The notes under the pieces are model-generated. The model saw only the letters and a program-made list of their open reading frames with translations, was not told where the DNA came from and did no database searches. A DNA stretch of 40,537 bases from Trichosphaerium sp. ATCC 40318. Lineage: Eukaryota; Protista; Tubulinea. The position numbers and the translations under genes are program-made. Shown one piece after another: positions 22,286 to 32,624 of the stretch; the stretch's first letter is position 1, and the number at the start of each line of letters is the position of its first letter. The DNA lies in the NCBI GenBank assembly GCA_038496445.1, contig JALMLS010000566.1:1-40537 (forward strand). Direction: 5' to 3'.

Positions 22286-23346
22286 AGTACATGCAAGCAT
22301 GAACAATGTATCAAAAGACAGCGAAAACCTCGACACCAAGAGGTAACTCTTATAATCCAATGACGAAAACATCTAATGGCCTAGAGTCAAACTAGTGGTA
22401 GTGGAGGTTTTTCAAATTTCTTTCGAATTACTTTTGCTACTGAAACCATTCATTCCCTGCTCATATTAACAGTAAACGTATTTTACACACAGATACTGGT
22501 AGAGGTAATGGGGTCACTATTGCTACACTCCGTGGAGCTCAATCGAAATTTGTGAATGAACAAAAAGGTCGTTTATTAATTGTTGATGTTCAAGCATCAG
22601 GTGTTTCTCTTAGGATGGGTGTTGTTTACGCACCTAGCAAAAACATCTTAATAATCTAGCGGCATCAACAAAAGCTATGTTTGAGGAAGTTCCAAGTGCT
22701 TTTCTTACAACAATGCTTAAAGGCAAGAAAGCGGGATTAAACATTAAGGAACTACAACTGGTAATGGTGATTGTTCTTCTGATATGCGAAAAATGCTTGT
22801 CGCAGGTGTTAACTTTTATAGTAAATTATACGATGAGGTGGAGATTGAGGAAAAGGTACTTGAGTCGTTTATTAACAAATGGGACATTCCCTGTGATAAA
22901 CAAGTTTGTGGATAAGCTTAACAAAAAAAATTACTGTCAAGGAAGTTACTAAGGTTCTACCGAAACTCCCAATTAACAAGGCTCCTGGCCTGATGGTTTA
23001 ACAACGTGCTTGTCAAATCCATGAGTGGTATGTTTGCTCCTATATTGACTAACCTCTTCAATCTGTTCCTTGGTCAGCCTTCTCGGGTTGATCACAGATC
23101 CTTTGCGGGCGGGTTAAACCCCATCTTTAAAAAAGGAGACGCTTCTGATCTGAGTAACTACAGTCCAATTACTTTAGCAAACGTTGACTATTATGGTACA
23201 ACGCTGGCACGTGGCCCTCCAAAATTTGTGGGAACAGCCTGATCGGCAAGCTGGATGGTGATTTTTTTGATGTAATTATCTTGTAATTATTATTATGAAT
23301 AAAGTGAGGGCTACGGCGCTCGCCTCTTGTTTGAAAAAAAAAAAGA

Positions 23347-23470
23347 CGACTCACTTCAAAGTGTAGTATGACCACATATCAAGTAGAAAAACTGTGGTAG
23401 ACGATGCAATAAGCGAACACCTAGCGCTGGAAGATGTAGTGACTATCACGGTATGATGCTTGGTCTGAGA
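23347..23470 (+). pseudogene. Broken inverted duplicate of the 8-Cys peptide gene (intron end + exon 2); left remnant at about 20083-20109
   Basis: AGAAAAACTGTGGTAGACGATGCAATAAGCGAACACCTAGCGC matches the reverse complement of about 19350-19395. It carries a 1-nt deletion and is separated from its upstream part by the retroelement. Confidence 0.8.
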
Positions 23471-24317
23471 ACGCTCATCATTATGTTGCTGGTGAGCGCA
23501 TATCTTCATTTAGGTTGTCATAATTTATTATTATTAGCTCATGAAGCTAATTGTCACAATATCTCTGTGCGCTGAATATTTAAAAGGGGATTTCTGACGC
23601 TCCGAATAGTGTCAACCAACTTACAACATACTGCAGAACCACCAACTGTAAGTACAGCTCATAATATAGAGAATTAAAAAAACGGTTTGTGGTTCGCACG
23701 TGTTCCATATTTTATCAGTTCTAAGTCCGTCAAACGGGAATTTTTTGCTATGGTTTGGGTCTAAGCAGCTCTGAAACACTATTAAACAAACTTACAGAAG
23801 TGAAAACGCTAAATAAGGTAAACTGCCTACCTGTTGAATTATAATTCTGCGGAATAGTACGCCAAACACGCTTATGCGTCAAATAGGTAACACATGTACT
23901 TCAAGCTTCCCAATTAGCACCACAATGTAAATTTGTAACAGATGCTATTAAACGGGCTCTTGTTAGACTGAATGGTTATATATGCGATTAAGATGCTGTG
24001 TACGGGGGTTTGCAGTCTTTAAACTGTGTTGTCTATTTTTGACGCCTGGTATTACTTACTATTTGTTTTCAAGTTTCTGGTACATTCGTATTCTCTGTGA
24101 AAAATGTGACTTGCCATCCAGACACATCACCTGGCACAACACTTGACATTTTCAAATGTTGAAGTTGTTCTTTGACATGTAGAATGTCAAGTAAGTATTA
24201 ATCTAGTGCTAGCATTAGTATTTACCTTTCTAAACAAGTTTTATATAACTGGCGCGATAGTTGGCACATAACACCATCTTGTTAATCAAATTAAATCTCA
24301 CTCACTCTTCTTTCTAG

Positions 24318-25840
24318 TGACTACAAAGGCCGAGTGGAATTTGAAAAGGGCATCAAGCAACCCAAAGAGGTGTTTGAGATTGTTTTGAATAGGCACAAAC
24401 AGGTTTCAGCCGAAATAGAGGAAGTAGAAGGTAAGTAACAACAAGGTAAAAAAGTTTTTAAATATCGTCATATTGCAGTGCTCTGACATGGAATTGTATC
24501 GATTTTGAGGACGTGTACCAAAACTACAGTTATATGCGAAAAGAGAGCTTTGACAGTGTCTAGTAGAGGTACTGTGCCATCTAGTTGTCAATCTATTTTG
24601 TTTTCGTTAGTATCAATCACATAAATCTAGTGCTATGGTTAGCGCTCATTTTTGTCCCTGTAGAGACTACAAACATCAAACACTAACAATTTTCTGAACA
24701 GGCAAACAACCTAAACACAAGCTTATTAGAAGAACCGGCACTCTGAGTTCTCAGAGGTAGCAGTAGTAGTAAATCAACTTCCCAAACAAGACACCACCTT
24801 ATGACTAAGAAAGAAGGCAAGAAAGAGGTGGAGGAAGAAGAAAATGATGTAGTGGTAGACAAAGGCTTATTTCTACGGACAGTTATTAACCCCAACCCTA
24901 TATCCATCTAATAGTGCACCCGCTTATTTTTAGGTTTTTTGCTTATTTCATGCTAGTGTTACAGTTACCCTGTATTATCTCACCCCTATCTCCCTTGCTT
25001 AACCTTGTTGTTATGTACTAATGTTTGTTGCCCTCCAGTACACAAACTCAGGACAATCGTTTATCAGCAAGGAAAGGGCATCTACAAGTACATGTTAACC
25101 AACCGCAATCTCAATCTCAGATGGACAATTATAAGCCCAACTCTAACATGTTGAAATAGAACACACATTGCAACTGGTAGTGGTGATATGTTATGATACC
25201 TTTGACATGCTACGCTATTTGAATGCAATCTAAAGTGGAAAACAAGTAACTCTGCCTGGTACTTGAAGAAGCACATGCGCATGTATGCTTTGCACTAAAT
25301 AATCAATTGGGTTTTAACTTGTACTTGACACTTAATTTTAGGTGTAACAGACTAACGAGATACTAAAGTTGATGTGTCTAGTTCTACTTCTCTACTTCCA
25401 AACAAATATGGCCAAGTCTGTGCTTTGGCAACCCAAATACAATAGTAGTAAATAAGGCACGTGCTTGCTATTCATGACTCCCTTTAGAACCAACAATAAT
25501 ACTACAACATTACTTTAGTCTATTCCTGGAATTATCTCATTTTGGATAGTAAATGCAACTCGTATGGAAGCACAGCATATACCACATCGTTTTACAATAT
25601 GCAAGTGTACATTGTTTTATTTTACCTTTTTTAAGCAACTACAGAGGCACCTTACAATTGAGGCTTAACTCAAAGCAAAGCTTCCAAAGCCAAACGGCAA
25701 TACCCCAAAAAGTTAATTTTTTCCAAGAGATTCAAAAGCAACTCTTGGGCACGCTAACCTGTCTACACGTTCTTTTTTTGAGTTTAGTGAGTAGCTGGTA
25801 TTTCTTAAAGGGTTTTTTGAGTTTGACAGGTAAGTAGCAA
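24318..25840 (+). pseudogene. Decayed intron-containing gene of unknown product
   Basis: A clean exon 24318-24430 (DYKGRVEFEKGIKQPKEVFEIVLNRHKQVSAEIEEVE, then GTAAGT) joins an exon with in-frame TAA/TGA (KH*QFSEQ...PAL*VLRG...EVEEEENDVVVDK). Further splice-like sites lie downstream. Boundaries are approximate. Confidence 0.4.
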
Positions 25841-26274
25841 GACACCTCTACGCGAGAGATTAAGGTAAAATATTTTTGCATTTTTATAAAAAAGGCTAAC
25901 ATCCATGCCCATTTGGATGCATATTTTTTGCATTTTCGCCACTGCTAGAAACAGCACAGTAGCACTATAAAAGAACAGCGGAGATGATTCCGGAAGCTTT
26001 TAATTAATAACAGTGAGTTTGGCTTATTCAGCGTATAGAGATATATATATATATAACTTGAACTTAGATTAATAAAGCAAACTTAACTTATAACTCGTAA
26101 TGAAGCTACTAAAGCTTTGAATGTTACTTCAAGTACAATGCAGCGAAAATTGTAACAATTCATCGAATTGTAAAAAACTTGTGTTTTTGACATAATTTTA
26201 TGTGCTGCAGTTTATTTTTGGCTTATTGCGTGTTAAGTTGTATCTAGAACTGTCTACTTGTTACAACGCCATTA

Positions 26275-28960
26275 ATGGCTCTTCGTTTAAACGCTGATGG
26301 CGTCCATGACAAAGACGATCTACTCTCTCTGTTAACGCGTAAATTTCATCCAAAGATAACTAAATACCTACTGGCAGTCTTTTTACAAGGAAGTAGGCAT
26401 GTGGAACCATAAAATCTATAAAACTGGCTAATAATATCCGTAGAGTACACGGAACGCATAGAGATGATTCTGACTGGGACTACATAGCAATAACTACTCA
26501 TCAAATAAAAAACGCTTACGATGAAGCGGCAGATAATATGCTTGAGTATAAAGGCTCTGAGCAAGATATAGACGTTATATTTTATACAGAGGAAGAGTTA
26601 GAGTCGTATGTACGTTAATAGATAATTCAACAAAAACTTGTCTTTTTTGTGTTTTTTTTGTTTTGATTGCTTTCTGTCGCTTGTTGATCAATTATTTATA
26701 AAAGATAGTTGTTAGAGCACCGCATGGCATTACTAGAGATGATCCACTATCCAAAAAAATACGTAAGAAGCAACTATCAGACTGTAGCAGTTGAAAACAG
26801 TTTTTGGGTTTTTCGCGCACTAATTTCATGTTTAGATTGTGTACAAAAAACGTGATTTGCCTTGCGAGAATTACTTAGATATAGACGTTCTAAAAAGGTA
26901 TGACGTTTGTATTGTTACCACGGATACCTAAAATTAACTAGCACTACAATTTGGTCAGCAAATCAACGATTTAATTTGGCACGAGAACGGATTAGAGAAG
27001 GAAAGATTTTCAAAGCTCAAAAAGTACTTTCCTTCCTTCCATTCTTTCATTATCTTATGTTATGATAATTATAGCTTGTCCTTATCGCAATAAGATATTT
27101 GGAGTTTGCTACACAACTAGTGGAAAAGGTTCGTTTCCTGCACATCCAGAAAAACTTAAACATTTGGCTTGTGTTACGGATTCTCATATTTTTCTTAGGG
27201 CACTATTTACAACGTTAACCTCAAACCTTATTGGAACAGTACGTATTTATTTTATACTATGGTTTTAATATACTGACGCCAGTATCTTTTATAGAAATTC
27301 AAGAGATTGACGCACAAACATGGCCAGAATTTCAGAAGTTTTACAAACCTCTTTGGCAAGAATCGTTAACAAAGTTTAAGAAGTCTGGAAGTTTCAATAC
27401 TTTCTATATCCATGATGAACTTGACTTCAATGCTTGGTCAATGGCTCGCGTTAGGTTAGGTAATTTGACATCCAAGGACATTGATGGTAGCAATCACGAA
27501 GACATAATTCTTCAGTGTCTTAAAAATAACAGTTTGTCTGTACAAAAAAAGTATAAACTTACTGTAGCAAGTCATAACGATTTTGAACCTTTGATACAGC
27601 TTTCTGCGAATGCTTATACACCTAACAGGTAACCAATATTATGAATCGTATAACTATAAATATTTGGCTAGTACTTATAACCTCATAGTGCTGCACTTGC
27701 TTCATCTCAAGGTCTTCTTGTTTTGGATGTTGATGCTTTCGAGCAAAATGTCAAATGTTATTCTGGTAGCTATGTTAAAGGTACAGGTGATATCGATTGG
27801 AATGTACCAAGTGTTGTTACACCGATATATGATGGGCATGTTTGTTCCTTGTATCACTATAAAGGTGAATGGCGTGTTGCTTCAGAACGTAAGTGAAAAC
27901 GGCTAATAAGTTGCTTAAGTGTTGTGTATAGGACTTCCTGATGCTTCAGAGGGTGTATGTACACGGCCTTTTGATGGTAAGGTAGTCAAGACTACATTTG
28001 CTGAATTATTTTGGCGTATTTGGAAGGAGAACGAGTTCACTCTTCCAACTGAAACAAACTTGTACGCTTTCTTAACTTTTTCTTACATTATAACTCATGT
28101 TGCTTCTTTAGGTGCTATAGCCTAGTGTTGATGTCACAATCGTTTAGAAAGGTTGGTAGGTGTAACCGAGATACTATAATTCACATGAAAACTTTTAATG
28201 TTGACACATTACAAAGTGTTGAAGAAGAGGTTCGTAGTTTCTTTCGTTCATATGTGTTAACTATTTGTTAGTTTTGCTGTGGAGAGCCTCCTAAAGAAGC
28301 TTGCCATATTTACAATGATGAAACTTTAGAACAAGCCGTAGATGAATTGAATCCTTTTGGACCAATTGTGAGTGCATTTAGATGAGGAGTTAGTTTCTTG
28401 TATTTTTCTCGTTTTAGTTCAAACTTTAACGCCTGTTTGTCTATTAGGCTGGCTATGCTATTACACAACATAAAACTGTTTTTAAGAGATATAACAAAGG
28501 ATATGTTGCTATAAAATACTCTATTGGTTTTGTTTGTGATACACCATTCAACGTCTCTGCTAAAAAATTCTGCTTGGATTCTTTACTTAATATCATACGA
28601 CTTAATCAAGTTGAAGAGTGCTTGCATCATCTCCCACACCTTGAAACAGATATGAAATCTGCAGAAGAGAAGTATGAGAATATTATAATGTACCTAGAGA
28701 ATGAATGGGCGAAGGTTAAGGATGCAAAAGACATGAGAACATATTTTTCTCTTATCAAGAAAAAAAAACTGGTACGTCCTTTTTGTAGCAAGTTATTTTA
28801 GTAGCATACACGTGTTAATATATATTTTTAGGAGCCAAAAGTAAAGCCAATACTATTGTGTTTATTCAAGAATGCTGAGTTACAAACTATTCGTGATGCT
28901 TTGGCTAGAGTGAATAGAAAGACATTTAAAACAATTGTAAAACTATGTATTACCAATTAA
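26275..28960 (+). CDS. Pol-beta-superfamily nucleotidyltransferase fused to a degenerate T4 Rnl1-like RNA ligase domain, multi-exon
   Basis: N-terminal VFLQGSRVHGTHRDDSDWDYIAI...DIDVIFY (GS, DxD and third Asp; needs GC-AG intron 26397-26443). C-terminal SSQGLLVLD...IDWN...TPIYDGHVCSLYHYKGEWRVASERLPDAS...TFAELFWRIW...LNP..AGYAI...YVAIK...LLNIIRLN follows the Rnl1-like layout. Stop TAA at 28958-28960. Confidence 0.75.
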
Positions 28961-29371
28961 GTTGTTCAAATACATTTGTTGATTGAAACAGCAACACATA
29001 CATGTATGCTCTTGTCCAAAAAATGTCCCTGTTTTAAATGAAACCCGACATACACTTTGATTTAGTTGACTTCGTGTGGGAAGTGTTAGTGAAGGAAACA
29101 GTTCTAGTCGTTCAAATTCTCTATTTTTTTTCCCACGAGTTGAAAATGTTCATTTTATAAGCCCATTGGATGGAAAAAAGAAGTAGGATTTGAGCGAATA
29201 GGACTGTATTAGTAAGAAATGTTTGAAGAATATAAAAGTCACTCGAAGGACAATGACACAATGTTGCCTTTTCCGGGTTTTGTTTAAGTAACAGTTGTTG
29301 CTATGTTTTATATATATGGATATTTTATTGATATTCAAATACATAAGTATCGTAAGGAGCAGTACAATAGT

Positions 29372-29938
29372 TTACTTTTTGGTTCTTTTTTCTTTTGTTG
29401 TTTTTTTTCTTGTACTTTTTTTTTTCTTTACTGGTTTCTTCTTTAGTGTAGGCGGACCTCCCAGTCCAAAAGATTCCTCACGACGCTTTCCATTCTTCAC
29501 CAAATATTTAACAAACTCTGAATAATATCCTTCAAGTTTCATGACACGCAAGTCATGGACTTTAATTGACGTTTCATCCTCGAAGAAAATAGTAAAAGTT
29601 GAGATTGTCTGTCCACAGTTCAAACTGCCCTTTGAGACGGCTTTATTCACCTTTTCAACTATCTTTTCATTACCGGACATCTTCTCAGCGGCATATTTCT
29701 CCAAACTAAAACCGAGGAAAAAAGTGTCAGTAAAGACAGTAAGTTCACCTTTTTTCAATGAAAAAATAAAAAAAATACGGACTTACCTACAAACGCCGTT
29801 AAGTGTTGTTTTGCTCATCAAACTTGAGAACTCCTTTTGATGTTCCTTCGTGTTAGATAGCGTGATGCTTACGGGTTTATTATGGGGTCCAAGTGAAGGA
29901 TTTGAATGCCTTAGTTCGACTGATGACACTTTTGACAT
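29372..29938 (-). CDS. Hypothetical protein with Lys-rich C-terminal tail, 2 exons
   Basis: MSKVSSVELRHSNPSLGPHNKPVSITL... spliced via a GTAAGT donor near 29786 to ...SLEKYAAEKMSGNEKIV...LKKKPVKKKKSTRKKTTKEKRTKK*. Confidence 0.65.
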
Positions 29939-30612
29939 TTTGGTTTTCGGTTTTCGGTTGTTTTGGCGTTTGAATGCTCTCCTCAACGTTTGTTAATTCT
30001 TCTTTGAGCGTTATAACCCTTTTAAGGAAGTTAGCACTTCATTGGCGATAACTTTTGCTGTGTAGACGTTGAACGCTTTTTCTTAGCGTATAGGTGTTTA
30101 AATCAAAGTCTTTTTGCGATTTTGGATAAAGGTTTGTTTGGTTGACACTCTCGTTGTTCCAACACGCATCATTTAAACGAAACGTACCAAGTCAGTGTTA
30201 TGCTGCGTTTTTAGTGAAGAGTTGACAGCAATAACAACAGATCAGTGCTATTTGGGTCAGCAAAAGTAATGAGGCAATAATTCGACAGTCAACTTGACCT
30301 ACAACGAAGGTATGTTAACTTAACTCCCTGCTTACGATATTACTCTACACTACGCCTGGAGCAAGTTTTGTAGACCACTCTCATTAATTGTTCGCGTGTT
30401 TTTTTGTCTTGTCCCGTGGTAAAAAAAACCCTTTACTTTTGGAGAAAGTACGAAGGATTGACTGTCAACCAAAGTAAACGCTTTCTAACTAAGCTGAGAG
30501 CCTGCTGGTAGGCAACAAAGATTGCTACGTATTGAAGCGGTTTAAGCCAAGAGTGTCGTATTAGAACACCATAGTACTCATTGATACAACGACAGTAACT
30601 GTTGTTTGTTAG

Positions 30613-31911
30613 ATGGAGTGTATACAAAGGATTAAAGACCAACGCAGTGTAAAATCGGATGACTGCCATCTATTGAGCCTCCCAGTTGAGATTCAGCTTG
30701 ATATTATCGATTTGGACCTATCCCGGGAAATAAATTGTATTTGGCCATTACTATCTAAACAGACGGCAATGACGCTCAGGTTTGATGGGGAGATGAAAAA
30801 GCATGGAAAATGGCAAAGAAGAATAAATAACAGGCTTTTTTGTGAGGTGTATTGGAACCATGGTGTTCAACATGAGTACAAGAAATGGGATAAGAATGGC
30901 CAAATGAAACGGCATTTTAGTTTTCTCAATGGGAAAAAACATGGAGAGTGCAAGCGTTGGTATTACAATGGTCAGTTATATGATCACCGCAATTATGTAA
31001 ATGGTATACAAATTGGGGAATATAGAGCTTGGCATGACAATGGCCAATTAAATGAGCAGTGCCATTATGTTGATGGTAAGCGAGATGGAAAGTACATCAT
31101 GTGGTTTAAAAATGGCCAATTGAAGCAACGTGATAATTATGTTAATGGGAAACGACATGGTGAGTGCAAGCATTGGTACAGCAATGGCGAATTAAGGCAA
31201 CATGATAATTACGTTAATGGGAAACAACATGGTGAGTGCAAGTATTGGTACAGCGATGGTCAAGTAAAGAAAGAATATTACATAAATGGGAAACAACATG
31301 GTGAGTGCAAACGTTGGTACAGCAATGGTCAATTACAATACCAATATTGTTACAATAGTGGTGTCAAAGATGGAGAGTTTATGGAGTGGCTTGAATCTGG
31401 CCAATTGCTTTTAAAGTGCACTTACACAAACGGTACACTACATGGAGAGCACAAAACCTGGCATAATAATGGCCAAGTGAGGAATGAGTTTAATTATATC
31501 AATGGCCAAAACGAAGGAGAGTTCAAGAGGTGGTACAGCAATGGTCAATTATGTGAACAGTGCAAATATGTCAAAAATAAAAAAGAAGGAGAGTTCAATG
31601 AGTGGTATTACAATGGCCAATTGAAGAAGTGTGTTCAGTATGTCAATGGCATACAACACGGGATGTACAACACATGGTACAAAAACGGCCAAGTTGAGGA
31701 GCAGTTCAATAGTATCAATGGTAAAAAAGAAGGAGAGTACAAGATATGGCATAGCAATGGCAAGTTGTGTGAACAGTGCAATTACATCAACGATAAACGA
31801 GATGGAATACACAAAAACTGGGATAAGAATGGGAAATTGTGTCTGCAGGGCAAATTTGTTTTGGGTAAACAGGAAGGGGAGTACAAGAGGGGACGTAAGG
31901 AAATACATTAG
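30613..31911 (+). CDS. Intronless F-box-like + about 14 MORN-variant repeats protein
   Basis: LLSLPVEIQLDIID followed by 24-aa repeats of the form NGKKHGECKRWYxNGQLxxxxxY. Clear paralogue of 10194-10778 (shared REI...PLL.K..A.T.RF...K.G.W). Confidence 0.9.
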   Translation: MECIQRIKDQRSVKSDDCHLLSLPVEIQLDIIDLDLSREINCIWPLLSKQTAMTLRFDGEMKKHGKWQRRINNRLFCEVYWNHGVQHEYKKWDKNGQMKRHFSFLNGKKHGECKRWYYNGQLYDHRNYVNGIQIGEYRAWHDNGQLNEQCHYVDGKRDGKYIMWFKNGQLKQRDNYVNGKRHGECKHWYSNGELRQHDNYVNGKQHGECKYWYSDGQVKKEYYINGKQHGECKRWYSNGQLQYQYCYNSGVKDGEFMEWLESGQLLLKCTYTNGTLHGEHKTWHNNGQVRNEFNYINGQNEGEFKRWYSNGQLCEQCKYVKNKKEGEFNEWYYNGQLKKCVQYVNGIQHGMYNTWYKNGQVEEQFNSINGKKEGEYKIWHSNGKLCEQCNYINDKRDGIHKNWDKNGKLCLQGKFVLGKQEGEYKRGRKEIH

Positions 31912-32624
31912 CTACGGTCAATGAGAACTAATGCACAAGAGTTAGTGTACCTGATGATCAATTGTATGGAAGCAATCTAACCTCGTGTATGAGAAACTGA
32001 ACAAGAAACTGCGTGAAGAAGTAAAACAATTGCAACAATGATTCGTTGAACACTACAATCAATAAAACTGATTCTTATTTTACCAGTTTTAACTATTCTT
32101 CATCGCATCAGGCAGAAAGCTCGCAAAGTTGCATTCGCCAGTTTGTTAACAATTCTCGAGCGAGAAGTATATTTAGGGTTGCGTTTATTTCTGATTACCT
32201 TAACCTCAACACGCAGAGTTGGCTTGAAAGGACACAGTCTACTTTTCAGAAATTAATAGCAAGCACGTGACTAACTCATATTAGTACAAAGTACAAGGAT
32301 ACATCAACAAGCTAGTTTGCGTAGCCTAGTGTTATTTGTGCTCACAAATCATCGTGAAACACTTGCTTTTGACACTACAAAATGGCATTAGTTCCGGTCA
32401 AACACAAACAAAAGCTGATTTGTCTTTTCAGTCTTTCTTGTATTTTACTTAGAATAAGAAGCTGTCGTTTACTTTGTGTTCAAAGAAGAAAAGAGTCCGT
32501 AGAGTTTGTAGGGAAGGGTACGTGCGCATGGTACTGGTCTTGCTCTACAGAATTCTATTCAAAGGAATTTTGTAGACTAATCCCGAAATTGTTGTCCCGT
32601 TTATTGTTGGTTAAAACAATTACA

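Larger units (their letters stand above)
20110..23346 (+). mobile_element. Degenerate, internally deleted non-LTR retrotransposon (L1/Tx1-like, APE endonuclease + RT)
   Basis: Flanked by an 18-bp direct repeat CGACTCACTTCAAAGTGT (20092-20109 and 23347-23364), with an A11 tail at 23334-23344. APE remnants GRGNGVTI, GRLLIVDV and GVVYAP (about 22490-22640). RT remnants FYSKLY, LPINKAPG/PDGL and PIFKKGDASDLSNYSPITLANVDY (about 22810-23195). Frameshifts and stops throughout. Confidence 0.88.

Noticed and set aside
24660-24870. In-frame TAA/TGA as evidence of a variant genetic code or readthrough
   Set aside because: Conserved genes here end in TAA, TAG or TGA and have no internal stops. CAA-to-TAA and CGA-to-TGA decay in a pseudogene is simpler.
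27610-27906. ORF-track 98-aa hydrophobic ORF
   Set aside because: Shadow frame; the overlapping frame carries the ligase-like motifs and fits the splice phases.
31549-31924. Alternative-frame and antisense ORFs within the MORN-repeat gene
   Set aside because: Expected by-products of a repetitive coding sequence.
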